From contig JBALDB010000048.1 in assembly GCA_036918135.1 (NCBI GenBank), positions 96,001 through 160,000 on the forward strand: a stretch of DNA of 64,000 bases. Direction: 5' to 3'. This document shows, in pieces, positions 53,164 through 63,089 of this stretch; the stretch's first letter is position 1; each line of letters begins with the position of its first letter. The translations under genes and the position numbers were made by a program. The notes under the pieces are model-generated. The model had not been told where the DNA came from. It did no database searches and was given only the letters and a program-made list of their open reading frames with translations. Source of the DNA: Nostoc sp. (GTDB lineage: Bacteria; Cyanobacteriota; Cyanobacteriia; Cyanobacteriales; Nostocaceae).

Positions 53164-54216
53164 TTAATTATTACATAAAGCTAGGCTCAATAACTCGCGG
53201 TGCATTAATGCCCTATCTACTAAAGATTGTATTTGCTCAGGTGATAATGGATCGCCATTGGCATAATGCTCCATCCAAGTCAGACTAATTAAGTTTGGGT
53301 CATCTGGTAAACTTGCTAAATCCCACCCAGGTATTGCCAATTCTTCCATAAGACGATTTACTTTGGGGTCGTAACTGAGAGCAAAACAGCGACAACCTTC
53401 AGCAGCAGCCATAATTAAGCTGTGGAGGCGCATCCCAATTGCCATTTCCACACCGCGAAACACACCTTTCAAAAGTTGCGGATCTTCCAGACATAAAATT
53501 TTGCTGACATCTTTAAGATGTGGTTGAATAGCTTCGGCAATACTTAAATCTTCACTTTTTTGAAACGGCAGTAATAAAATAAAAGCTTGCGTAGCTTTTT
53601 GAAAATCTACTAAAGCACGAGTTAAGTTAGCCAAACGTGTTTGTGTAAGTTGGGGATGCGATCGCAATGTTAGTGCAACTCTCGGTGCAGGTAAATCCCA
53701 AAGTCCTGGTACTGGTTTCGACTCCAACGCCCAAACTGGGTCTGGAGCTATAATACAAGGAATTTGCCAATCAGATAATAAAGCAGCACTGGCGCGATCG
53801 CGGACGCTGATTTTGGTACAATTACCGAAGGTTTGCCGTGCCAGCCAGCGAGTCTGCGGACGCAGTAAAGGGCCAATACCCTGCGCCCAAGCAACAGTTT
53901 TCAGATTCATTTTCTGCGCCAACGCCATCAGTCCGCCATAATAAAATGGGCTGATGGTACTGGTAACATCTTGAATGATACTCCCGCCACCCCAAATCAA
54001 GGCATCACAAGAGCGCAAAGCTTGCAATACAGGTAAGGCAGCCATGCGATCGTAGGTTTCTACATTGTAGCGATCGCGGGTTTGGTTTGGATTGCCCGAA
54101 AGCACCACAGGCGTCACATCAGTTGGTAACATTTGCAAAAGCGTTGCTAATAAAGCTTCGTCACCACCATTACCTTTACCGTAATATCCAGACAATAACG
54201 CCCGCATCTTTGCCAT
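53164..54216 (-). CDS. csaB: Polysaccharide pyruvyl transferase CsaB
   Basis: LSGYYGKGNGGDEALL, GGGSIIQDVTS, AQGIGP, SVRD, IGMRLH, LSYDPKV. Confidence 0.94.
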   Translation of the reverse strand: MAKMRALLSGYYGKGNGGDEALLATLLQMLPTDVTPVVLSGNPNQTRDRYNVETYDRMAALPVLQALRSCDALIWGGGSIIQDVTSTISPFYYGGLMALAQKMNLKTVAWAQGIGPLLRPQTRWLARQTFGNCTKISVRDRASAALLSDWQIPCIIAPDPVWALESKPVPGLWDLPAPRVALTLRSHPQLTQTRLANLTRALVDFQKATQAFILLLPFQKSEDLSIAEAIQPHLKDVSKILCLEDPQLLKGVFRGVEMAIGMRLHSLIMAAAEGCRCFALSYDPKVNRLMEELAIPGWDLASLPDDPNLISLTWMEHYANGDPLSPEQIQSLVDRALMHRELLSLALCNN

Positions 54217-54391
54217 TTGAAATTTTGGATAAAAGGATTTTAGACGATCGACTTTTCTCAAAAATCGATCGGATGTTAGCCATCCTACCAACAACAGATA
54301 AATTTTCTTATGGGAAGATGATCTTATAGAAAGACAAGAGAACTAAATTACTCTTATCTTTCGACTTTTAACTTTTGACTTTTGACTTGTT

Positions 54392-54727
54392 ATGCACGCC
54401 CTTTCGATTCCCACCTGGATTATTCATATTTCTAGCGTTATTGAGTGGATTGTCGCCATTTGGTTAATCTGGACTTACGGCGAACTCACTAATAACCGCA
54501 GCTGGTGGGGATTATCCCTTGCCATGTTACCAGCTTTAGTCAGCGCCATGTGTGCCTGTACCTGGCATTATTTCGACAACGCCGAATCTCTGGAATGGCT
54601 GGTAACGCTTCAAGCTACCATGACCTTAGTTGGTAATTTTACACTTTGGGCAGCAGCATATTTAATTTGGCGTTCTACCAAGTCTGTTAACACTGTTGAA
54701 CCAAAACCTATTAAATCAGAGCAATGA
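54392..54727 (+). CDS. Ycf49/DUF2499 membrane protein
   Basis: MHALSIPTWIIHISSVIEW...SAMCACTWH. Confidence 0.85.
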   Translation: MHALSIPTWIIHISSVIEWIVAIWLIWTYGELTNNRSWWGLSLAMLPALVSAMCACTWHYFDNAESLEWLVTLQATMTLVGNFTLWAAAYLIWRSTKSVNTVEPKPIKSEQ

Positions 54728-55017
54728 TTTCTAAAGAAACCCTGTTTGCACTTTCACTGTTTCCCTATTTAGGTTTCTTGTGGTTTATCAGCCGCAGTCC
54801 GCAAATGCCGCGTTTAGCACTGTATGGATTTTACGGCACTCTCGTTTTTGTTGCCATTACCATCCCGGCAGGGATTTATGCTGTATTGCATTATGGTAAG
54901 TCTTTAGCCAATGTGGATTGGTTGCACGGTAGTGCAGAACTATTTTTGACGCTTTCTAACATCTTGCTTGTGCTAGGTTTTGGGCAAGCTGTAAGGCAAT
55001 TAAAAATGAAAAACTAG
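54724..55017 (+). CDS. DUF3593 membrane protein
   Basis: LFALSLFPYLGFL...LANVDWLHGSAE; 4-nt overlap with the previous gene. Confidence 0.85.
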   Translation: MISKETLFALSLFPYLGFLWFISRSPQMPRLALYGFYGTLVFVAITIPAGIYAVLHYGKSLANVDWLHGSAELFLTLSNILLVLGFGQAVRQLKMKN

Positions 55018-55051
55018 TGTTTGATTGCATAGAGTTATGAGGAAGAAATAA

Positions 55052-55825
55052 ATGGATGTAATTCCAGCAATAGATTTACTAGAAGGTCGTTGTGTGCGAT
55101 TGTATCAGGGAGACTACGATCGCTCACAAGTTTTTAATGAAAACCCGGCTGATGTTGCTAAACAGTGGGTTGAACAGGGCGCTACCAGATTACACGTAGT
55201 CGATCTAGATGGTGCAAAAGCAGGTAAAGTAGTAAATCTTCGGGCAATAGAAGCGATCGCTCAAGTGGTATCAGTGCCGATTGAAATTGGTGGAGGATTG
55301 CGCGATCGCACCAGCGTCCAACAAGTGTTTAATTTGGGCGTACAGTGGGCAATTCTCGGCACCATCGCTGTAGAACAGCCGCAACTAGTGCAACAACTGT
55401 GTGAAGAATTTCCCGAACAAATTATTATCGGTATTGACGCCCGTAACGGACGCGTAGCAACTCGCGGTTGGTTAGAAACTTCAGAAGTTTTAGCAACCCA
55501 ACTGGCTGTGAGAATGCAAGAATTGGGAGCAGCAGCTATTATTTACACCGATATCCACCGTGATGGTACACTGACAGGACCAAATTTAGAAGCTTTGCGA
55601 GAACTTGCTGCGGCAATTTCCATACCAGTAATTGCTTCTGGTGGAGTTAGTTCCGTTACCGATTTGTTGAGTTTGCTAGCGTTAGAACCCCAAGGCGTGA
55701 CTGGTGCAATTGTAGGACGTGCCTTGTACACTGGGGATATTTTACTCAAAGAAGCATTGCGAGCGATCGGCCCTGGACGGATTCAGGATATACCCCCCAA
55801 TTTCGGTTTCTCTAGCTTTGCTTGA
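55052..55825 (+). CDS. hisA: ProFAR isomerase
   Basis: [42 protein letters not shown]. Confidence 0.97.
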   Translation: MDVIPAIDLLEGRCVRLYQGDYDRSQVFNENPADVAKQWVEQGATRLHVVDLDGAKAGKVVNLRAIEAIAQVVSVPIEIGGGLRDRTSVQQVFNLGVQWAILGTIAVEQPQLVQQLCEEFPEQIIIGIDARNGRVATRGWLETSEVLATQLAVRMQELGAAAIIYTDIHRDGTLTGPNLEALRELAAAISIPVIASGGVSSVTDLLSLLALEPQGVTGAIVGRALYTGDILLKEALRAIGPGRIQDIPPNFGFSSFA

Positions 55826-55889
55826 CAAACTACACACACTGACTCGTCCTTTTGAGTACAGTGTTGTCTGTCCTAACTAGTCCGGCTAT

Positions 55890-56291
55890 TTGTTCTCGAC
55901 AACACTGAAGCGATCGCAAATGGCAGCAGGTGTAGAACCGGATACCTGTTTTTATATCCAAAATGCTCGCCAAACGATCGGTAAGCGACGGTTAGATTTG
56001 TCGGTAGATCCACCACCAGATTTAGCAATTGAAATCGATGTTACCTCAAATACCCAGCTTAGTGCTTATGTGGCGTTGGGCGTACCTGAAGTTTGGTGTT
56101 ACGGAAATGGCAAGTTGCGAGTATTTGTCTTAAATCAAGCAGAATATATTGAGATGAAAACTAGTCCCATATTTGGGAAGTTACCTGTGATTGAGGGAAT
56201 ATTGCAGTTTTTGCAATTGAGCCTAACACAAGGATCTAGTAGAGCGCAACGCGCATTTAGGCAGTGGGTACGTGAAGCATTAGTACAGTAA
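55890..56291 (+). pseudogene. 5'-truncated Uma2 family gene
   Basis: Begins at STTLKR..GVEPDTCFYIQN..PPPDLAIEID; the N-terminal third is missing. Confidence 0.75.
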
Positions 56292-56485
56292 TAAATCTCA
56301 AGTTTGGTCAAATATCGCTCAATATAGATTGGGTAGAACGAAATTTAGGCCTTGCTGATTGAAAATATGAATCTGCTTTAAGCAATATGATATTAGATTA
56401 CCTATTTGCTCCAGCCAGCAAGCGATCGCTGACTCATATATTAAGATTTGTATCTATTTTATTAAAAGTCAAGCTGACTACAACG

Positions 56486-56583
56486 GTAAGATTATCTACT
56501 AACTTTTTTCAATAAATTTAAATTTTTTTCTAAGATTTCTGTAATCGACAATACCCGTAATGTAGATTAAATTGTACTAAATT
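56486..56583 (+). promoter_or_regulatory. Two NtcA-type boxes, the second with a correctly spaced -10 element
   Basis: GTAagattatcTAC (56486-56499); GTAatcgacaaTAC (56541-56554)-N23-TAaatT (56578-56583). Confidence 0.5.
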
Positions 56584-56598
56584 TCAAAATTTAATATT

Positions 56599-56715
56599 AT
56601 GGGTAATCAAGAGCAACATTCCAACCAAGCATTGAATCAAACACAGGCTAACGGAATAAAGAAGAAGAAACTACAACCTCCTCCAGACATCAAGAAACCA
56701 AAGAAAACTGAATAA
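56599..56715 (+). CDS. Putative 38-aa basic small protein (not in the ORF track)
   Basis: MGNQEQHSNQALNQTQANGIKKKKLQPPPDIKKPKKTE*; more GC-rich than its very AT-rich flanks. Confidence 0.45.
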   Translation: MGNQEQHSNQALNQTQANGIKKKKLQPPPDIKKPKKTE

Positions 56716-56993
56716 AAACTATTAGACTTTATTGTAGAGACTTAAATTTAATTAAGCCTCTATAACAAGTTGAAAAAATAAATCAACTTGCTTATTTATG
56801 TGAAGAATAAACGTGTTAGTCGTCAGAATCTAAAATGATTAAGCTAATCGTCATTCATTTCTCTAAGATAATTCGCTTGTAGCAAGGGCTTCAGCCCTGG
56901 TTTTATGCAACTTAAATGCTCATTAACTTATAAAATCAAGAGTGCTATAGCTTCTTAAATCTAGTCAAATTATTCTGTATTTTGAATTCTTAC

Positions 56994-57300
56994 TTATTTA
57001 TTTTTTACTTGACTCTTTGCCTGTTCTAAAGCTATTTCTTTCATTGCCTGATACGAATTCACATTGGAAGTACCTTCAATAGCTTTAACTGCCAAATTCT
57101 AATTGTAAATCAGCTAAACCCTTAACAATACCATCTACTGTATATGTCGAAGCTGCTTGCAGAATTTCTTGACTTTTTGGTTTTTCTGCTTCCTCTTGCT
57201 TGGTTGCTATTTTAAATTCCAGCTTTTTCCTTTGAATAAGAATTTGTTGAAATGCTTGCATTAGTTGTTGTTTGCTGTCCTTGACTCCAACTGTAGTCAT
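56994..57300 (-). pseudogene. Internally deleted coiled-coil gene remnant
   Basis: N-terminus MTTVGVKDSKQQLMQAF...LADLQLEFGS is joined out of frame to a C-terminus LAVKAIEGTSN...KEIALEQAKSQVKNK*. Confidence 0.7.
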
Positions 57301-57783
57301 ATTCCAACTCCCTTCAATAGGCAATAATTTATCGGGTAGCAAGCCATACCAATGACCACCCTATGCAGACATCAGAGTAACTTTTGTATGGTATTTTTAA
57401 CGCAGTGGAAACACTGAAATAATCAACATCTACTGAGGATAGTACGAGTTATCCACAGTTGTGTCTTTCTGTTTTTTAAGTATATTATTTTGTTATAGTA
57501 GTAAATTGGTACTATTAAATATATTTAATACTAATTTGGTGTTGTCAACAAAAAATTGAAGCTATTTAGTAGATTTAAAGATTTACAGCTACTAAGTAAT
57601 GACTATAAGCAGCTTCCAGCCACAGCGTTTTATAATCAAAATAAGGTTCTGTAGCCTATGTAACTTTTTGTAAAGGAAATCTAAAAGAATTGACCTTAGT
57701 AGAAGCGCGGTTGCACTCAGGCTAGATAATAGATGTAATCATCCTAATTGATACAACCACAGTCCTAGACTTTTGTGATATCA

Positions 57784-58536
57784 ATGTATACCAGTGAATC
57801 GACCAAGTACTCTGCCAGAACGGATATTGGACAAACCAGCCGAATTCTGGTGGTAGAAGATGAAGAACTAATCCAGGAAATGGTAGCTGTAGCCCTGGAA
57901 GAAGAGGGTTACGGGGTGATAACTGCCCCCGATGGGCGGTCTGCTGTGGAGTATCTCAAAAGTTTTGAAACCAACTCAGGGGAACTTCCCTTTGACTTGA
58001 TCGTTCTTGATTTGATGCTGCCTCAGATCAATGGTTTAGATATCTGCCGTTTGCTACGTCACCAAGGAAACCCAGTACCAATTTTAATGCTCAGTGCTAA
58101 GGGTAGCGAAACTGACCGCGTTTTAGGTTTGGAAGTAGGAGCAGATGATTACCTCACTAAACCTTTTAGTATGCGCGAGTTAGTGGCTCGCTGTCGTGCT
58201 TTACTGCGGCGTCAGCGCTTAAGCACTTTGCCACAGCTACCAGTATTAAAATTCAAGGATGTAACCTTAAATCCTCAAGAATGTCGCGTACTAGTTCGCG
58301 GTCAAGAGGTGAGTCTTTCCCCGAAAGAGTTTCGCCTGCTGGAACTGTTTATGAGTTACGCACGTCGGGTGTGGTCGCGGGAACAATTGCTAGACCAGGT
58401 TTGGGGCCCAGATTTTGTGGGGGATAGTAAAACCGTAGATGTTCATATCCGTTGGTTACGTGAAAAATTAGAGCAAGACCCCAGCCATCCAGAATATATT
58501 GTGACTGTACGAGGTTTTGGCTATAGGTTTGGATAA
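57784..58536 (+). CDS. sphR: Phosphate regulon response regulator (PhoB/SphR)
   Basis: OmpR-type receiver and wHTH (LVVEDE, LDLMLP, GADDYLTKPF, KTVDVHIRWLREK); upstream of a histidine kinase and phoU. Confidence 0.88.
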   Translation: MYTSESTKYSARTDIGQTSRILVVEDEELIQEMVAVALEEEGYGVITAPDGRSAVEYLKSFETNSGELPFDLIVLDLMLPQINGLDICRLLRHQGNPVPILMLSAKGSETDRVLGLEVGADDYLTKPFSMRELVARCRALLRRQRLSTLPQLPVLKFKDVTLNPQECRVLVRGQEVSLSPKEFRLLELFMSYARRVWSREQLLDQVWGPDFVGDSKTVDVHIRWLREKLEQDPSHPEYIVTVRGFGYRFG

Positions 58537-58589
58537 TTAGTTTAGATAGTTGTTAGTTTTGAGTAATCATCAAAAAACTAACAACTCAA

Positions 58590-59915
58590 ATGCTCTTATT
58601 GGGATTTTTTGTGGGTTTAGCGGTAGGCATTGGGTTTTGGGTTTGGCAACAGGTTCAACTTAACCGCTACCTGAGGCGCGTACTCCAACCGTTAACCCCG
58701 CATTTTGACAAAGTGGGACTGCTATTAATTCCTGGGTTACGGCAGGAAATTATGCTCTTGAAAGAGCAGCGACAAGATTTACAACAGTCGCTGCAAACTT
58801 ACCAAGACTTGCTGGAATTTGCACCAGTAGGATATTTACAGGTAGATGAAGAAAATCAACTGCTGTGGTGCAATCAGCAGGCGCAGGAAATTTTATATCT
58901 GCAAAGGTGGCAACCAGGACAAGTACGGTTGCTGCTGGAGCTGGTACGGTCTTATGAACTCGATCGCTTAATTGAGCAAACTCGTGATTGCCAAAAACCA
59001 CAGACGAAGGAGTGGGTGTTTCATCCTTCTTGTGATAATGCAGCAGAGATACAAACAGTAAAATCTTTAACTTTGCAGGCTTCTAGCTTGCCTTTACCCA
59101 ACGGACAAGTAGGAGTGTTTCTAGAAAATCGTCAACCCCTATTGGATGTAAATCAAGCACGCGATCGCTCTTTTTCTGATTTAGCACACGAACTCAGAAC
59201 GCCGTTGACTTCGATTCGTTTGGTTGTAGAAACTTTACAAAACCGTTTGGAACCACCTTTAAATCGCTGGGTTAACCGTCTGATGCAAGAAGTTGACCGA
59301 CTGATTAACTTGGTGCAAAGCTGGTTAGAACTCACCCAAATGGAAACAAACCCCAACATCCAATTGCAAACCGAAGCTGTAGAATTGCGATCGCTAATTG
59401 CATCTGTTTGGGAAAATTTAGAACCTCTAGTACAACGGCAAAATCTGTCTTTGAGTTATTCGGGGCCAGAAAATCTTTGGATTAAAGCAGATCCAGCCCG
59501 CATCCACCAAGTTTTTCTCAATTTGCTGGACAACAGCATTAAATATAGTCTTCCTTCTACTTGCGTTCACGTCCAGGCGAAAATCATATCGACAAATAAT
59601 AATGGCGGCAATCCTGGTTTGTCATCTGTCGAAATAAATCTTATTGATTCTGGATTAGGTTTTTCCCAAGCAGATTTACCCCACGTTTTCGAGCGATTTT
59701 ATCGGGGAGATAAAGCCAGAACCCATTCGCAGCAGGATAGTAATTCTATAGGGGCGATTGTTGGCAATGGTTTAGGGTTAGCGATCGTTCAACAAATTCT
59801 TTTGGCTCACGGCGGTTCAATCAAAGCGATGAACCATCCAGAAACAGGTGGAGCCTGGATGCAAATTCAATTTCCTCAAGTCATGGCAAACTCTTTAAGC
59901 CAAGACTATAGTTAA
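58590..59915 (+). CDS. sphS: Phosphate sensor histidine kinase (PhoR/SphS)
   Basis: H-box DLAHELRTPL, N-box NLLDNSIKY, VFERFYRGD, GLGLAIV. Confidence 0.88.
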   Translation: MLLLGFFVGLAVGIGFWVWQQVQLNRYLRRVLQPLTPHFDKVGLLLIPGLRQEIMLLKEQRQDLQQSLQTYQDLLEFAPVGYLQVDEENQLLWCNQQAQEILYLQRWQPGQVRLLLELVRSYELDRLIEQTRDCQKPQTKEWVFHPSCDNAAEIQTVKSLTLQASSLPLPNGQVGVFLENRQPLLDVNQARDRSFSDLAHELRTPLTSIRLVVETLQNRLEPPLNRWVNRLMQEVDRLINLVQSWLELTQMETNPNIQLQTEAVELRSLIASVWENLEPLVQRQNLSLSYSGPENLWIKADPARIHQVFLNLLDNSIKYSLPSTCVHVQAKIISTNNNGGNPGLSSVEINLIDSGLGFSQADLPHVFERFYRGDKARTHSQQDSNSIGAIVGNGLGLAIVQQILLAHGGSIKAMNHPETGGAWMQIQFPQVMANSLSQDYS

Positions 59916-59944
59916 AAAATATCTTCACGTTTGAGATTACAAGT

Positions 59945-60613
59945 GTGAAAGCTGTCCGTTACAGTCCCAATCCTCAGAGACCCCAACTGGCACGCGGTAT
60001 TAGGCGTTTAGAACGGGATATATTACGCATGGGAGCTTTGGTAGAACAATCATTTCGCCTCAGCCACCAAGCGTTATTTGCTCGTAACTTAGCAGCAGCA
60101 GAGGAACTTCCCCGATTAGATAAAAAAATCGATCGTTTTTATAGACAAATAGAATCAGACTGTACAGCGATTATGACGCTGCAATCACCTACAGCACAAG
60201 ATTTACGTTGCTTGAGTGCTTTTATGCAGCTAGTGCGAGACTTAGAGCGCATTGGTGATTATGCTAAGGATTTAGCTGAGATTGCGATTAAAATCTTTCC
60301 TTATGCACCTCATATGTCTTTACCAGAGATTGAAGTTATGTCCCGTCACGCTCAAGCAATGTTAGCAACTAGCTTAGTGGCTTTAGCAGATTTTGATGAA
60401 GCAGGTGGACGAGGTTTAAAGCACTTAGATGATACTGTAGACGATGCTTACGATCGCGTTTATCAGACTTTAGCCCAACAACGCGACGTACCAGGCGTCG
60501 TTGAGCCTATTGTACTGTTGGCACTGGCGATTCGTTGTTTAGAACGTATGGCCGATCATGCGACTAATATCGGTCAAAGGGTTGCATATATCGTCACTGG
60601 TCAACGCTCTTAA
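59945..60613 (+). CDS. phoU: Phosphate signalling regulator PhoU
   Basis: PTAQDLR, DLERIGDYA, DDTVD, LERMADHATNI. Confidence 0.95.
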   Translation: MKAVRYSPNPQRPQLARGIRRLERDILRMGALVEQSFRLSHQALFARNLAAAEELPRLDKKIDRFYRQIESDCTAIMTLQSPTAQDLRCLSAFMQLVRDLERIGDYAKDLAEIAIKIFPYAPHMSLPEIEVMSRHAQAMLATSLVALADFDEAGGRGLKHLDDTVDDAYDRVYQTLAQQRDVPGVVEPIVLLALAIRCLERMADHATNIGQRVAYIVTGQRS

Positions 60614-60616
60614 ATT

Positions 60617-60676
60617 AGCGAACAATTACCAGTTATCACTTATCAAGATGAATTTGATAACTGATAACTGTTCGCT
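60617..60676. repeat. Inverted heptamer (CAGTTAT/ATAACTG) hairpin after phoU
   Basis: agcgaaca..cagttatca...tgataactgataactgttcgct. Confidence 0.7.
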
Positions 60677-60696
60677 GTTGACTGATAAAGCTTGCT

Positions 60697-60850
60697 TAAC
60701 AGGACTTACGCACTGACTACGATTTTACGTCATTACGAGCGAAGCGAACGCGAGTGCGTCTCGTAGAGAAGTAATCACCAAAAACTCTGGGATTGCTTCC
60801 CTACACTACGTTCCGGTCGCAATGACATTGGGAGTGCTTGGCGGAGTCCT
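60697..60850. mobile_element. MITE-like element with AGGACTTACGCA-type ends enclosing a REP-like palindrome
   Basis: Left end taacaggacttacgca (exact reverse complement also at 52782-52797); degenerate right end ggcggagtcct; internal gtcattacgagcg...cgcaatgac. Confidence 0.6.
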
Positions 60851-61077
60851 ACTTAAATTGGAACTTTCCAAGACAGTCAATTATCAGAAAATCCCAAAAC
60901 TGAGAATAAAAAATAAATATATCCTACTTTCTACTTTCTTTTTGAAAGTAAAGAACACGAAGAAATAGTTCAAATAATTCTTGGGTAACTACTAACTCAA
61001 ACCAAGCACTGTTATAAAATCTTTATCAATAGTATGAGTTTTAATAATGTATCAAATAAAATTAACTTAACTAAATA

Positions 61078-61107
61078 TTTTACAAAAAGCTTACCTTTTC
61101 TTAAACT
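61078..61107 (+). promoter_or_regulatory. Possible Pho (SphR) box upstream of the porin
   Basis: 11-nt periodic 8-mers TTTTACAA / GCTTACCT / CTTAAACT against the CTTAACCT-type consensus. Confidence 0.35.
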
Positions 61108-61389
61108 TACACAATTAAAGTAACTGATAAATAGCTAAATGATTTTCTTCTATCTTACTAATAGATAGTTGAATGTAAAAGTTATTGACTACAAGCGGTG
61201 CATTATTTTGTGGTTACCAAAATTAACTAATTAGTAATTTTAATTTAGCAGAATATCAACTTGCTTGTGTTAATTAAAGGTGATAAGGTATAATCGGTGC
61301 TGTGATTTTGTGTGAAATCACCAGAGGTAAAGTGTTGATAAACATTTTGCCATGATTGGATTTAATTAGGTGTGAGTGAAAGTAAAAAT

Positions 61390-63027
61390 ATGACAAAGCA
61401 ATTTTGGAATCTGATTAAAGTTAGTCCAATTGCGATCGCGGCTACATTTTTCGTGACAAATAGTGCCTTTGCTGCTGAAGTTAACGAAGAAGTCACAACT
61501 GTTAATCAGTTATCTCAAGCTGAAGATTCAAACAATATCGATCAAGTAACATCTGTTTCTCAGTTTTCGGATGTGCAGCCCACAGATTGGGCATTCCAAG
61601 CTTTACAATCCCTGGTTGAGCGCTACGGTTGTATTGCAGGTTATCCCAATAGTACCTATCGCGGTAACCGTGCTTTAACCCGTTATGAATTTGCCGCAGG
61701 TTTGAATGCCTGTTTAGACCGAGTTAACGAATTGATTGCTACAGCTACAGCCGACTTGGTAAGCAAACAAGACTTGGCTACCTTACAGCGTTTACAAGAA
61801 GAATTTTCTGCTGAACTAGCAACTTTACGCGGTCGTGTAGATGGCTTAGAAGCCCGCACTGCGGAGTTGGAAGCTAATCAATTCTCCACTACTACCAAGT
61901 TGGTTGGAGAAGCAATTTTCGCTGCGTCTGATGTTTTTGGCAACCAAAGGGCTGATACAGATGCTAACCCTGACAATAACCCAGACTTAAATAGCAATGC
62001 CACTTTTTCTGACCGGGTTCGTTTGAACTTATATAGCAGCTTTAGTGGTACAGACCAGTTGCAAATCCGGTTGAATGCTAACAACACTATCTCTAATGCT
62101 GGTGTGAGCGGTACTAACATGACCCGTTTGGGTTTTGATGGTAATAATGGCAACTCTGTTGTCATCGATAAAGCTAACTATGCTTTTAACTTCTCTGATG
62201 CAGTGCGTGTCAAAGTTGATGCCACTAATTTAGAATTATACGAAAACGTCAATACCTTCAACCCTGACTTTGCTAGCTCCGGTAGAGGTGCGCTCTCTCG
62301 TTATGGACGTTTCAGCCCGATTTATCGCCAAGGTCAAGGAGGCGCTGGTTTAACTGTTACTTTCAATCCTAAAGGTCCGATCAGTTTGACTGGTGCTTAT
62401 GTAGCTAGGACTGCTAACGATCCTACCGTTAATAATGGTCTGTTCGATGGTGATAACGCTATCTTTGGTCAGTTATTTTTCCAACCTAACAAAGCCTTTA
62501 GTGTTGGTCTAACCTATGCCCGTACTTATCAAAGTGATGGTGCTATAAACAACCTTTTCCAAGGTACAGGTAGTACTTTTGCTAACAATCCTTTTGGAGT
62601 TGGCACTCGTACTTTAGCCAATAACTACGGTGTAGAAGCTAGCTTTCAATTTAGCCCTAAATTGGTGCTTAGTGGTTGGGGAGGTTATACAACTGCTGAT
62701 GCTAAAACTGGTATTAATGCAGGTGCAGATGCAGATATTTGGTATTGGGCTGGATCGCTTGCTTTGAAAGACTTTGGTGGAGAAGGTAACGTCTTAGGCG
62801 TGATCTTTGGTCAACCACCTAGAGTTAGTGGTGGAAGTATAAAAAATGCTGCTGCCAATGTTGATTTAGACGACGATACCTCTTATCACTTAGAGGGTCT
62901 TTACAAGTTCAGGGTCTCTGATAATTTGCAAATCACCCCTGGCTTGCTGGTAATCTTCAATCCAGAGCATAACAACAACAACGATACTGAATACGTAGGT
63001 ACTTTGCGTACTACCTTCACCTTCTAA
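61390..63027 (+). CDS. SLH-domain / OprB-type outer-membrane porin
   Basis: VTSVSQFSDVQPTDWAFQALQSLVERYGCI, FSTTTKL, C-terminal LRTTFTF. Confidence 0.95.
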   Translation: MTKQFWNLIKVSPIAIAATFFVTNSAFAAEVNEEVTTVNQLSQAEDSNNIDQVTSVSQFSDVQPTDWAFQALQSLVERYGCIAGYPNSTYRGNRALTRYEFAAGLNACLDRVNELIATATADLVSKQDLATLQRLQEEFSAELATLRGRVDGLEARTAELEANQFSTTTKLVGEAIFAASDVFGNQRADTDANPDNNPDLNSNATFSDRVRLNLYSSFSGTDQLQIRLNANNTISNAGVSGTNMTRLGFDGNNGNSVVIDKANYAFNFSDAVRVKVDATNLELYENVNTFNPDFASSGRGALSRYGRFSPIYRQGQGGAGLTVTFNPKGPISLTGAYVARTANDPTVNNGLFDGDNAIFGQLFFQPNKAFSVGLTYARTYQSDGAINNLFQGTGSTFANNPFGVGTRTLANNYGVEASFQFSPKLVLSGWGGYTTADAKTGINAGADADIWYWAGSLALKDFGGEGNVLGVIFGQPPRVSGGSIKNAAANVDLDDDTSYHLEGLYKFRVSDNLQITPGLLVIFNPEHNNNNDTEYVGTLRTTFTF

Positions 63028-63042
63028 AATTGGCAATTAGAT

Positions 63043-63076
63043 AAACAAAACCCCATTTTGAAGTGGGGTTTTGTTT
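63043..63076. terminator. Bidirectional terminator between convergent genes
   Basis: aaacaaaacccca-ttttgaag-tggggttttgttt. Confidence 0.85.
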
Positions 63077-63089
63077 AGGAAAAAATTGG

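Noticed and set aside
51897..53164. Heterocyst excision element (xis-type) interrupting csaB
   Set aside because: csaB is already complete, the distal copy contains a stop codon, and no recombinase is encoded.
51783..53308. Diversity-generating retroelement TR/VR pair
   Set aside because: Mismatches are not adenine-specific but mostly synonymous, and there is no reverse transcriptase gene in the window.
57449..57457. DnaA box TTATCCACA suggesting oriC
   Set aside because: Only one perfect box was noticed and there is no dnaA/dnaN context.
57513..57530. 18-bp perfect palindrome tattaaatatatttaata
   Set aside because: A/T-only sequence in a very AT-rich spacer; not distinguishable from chance.
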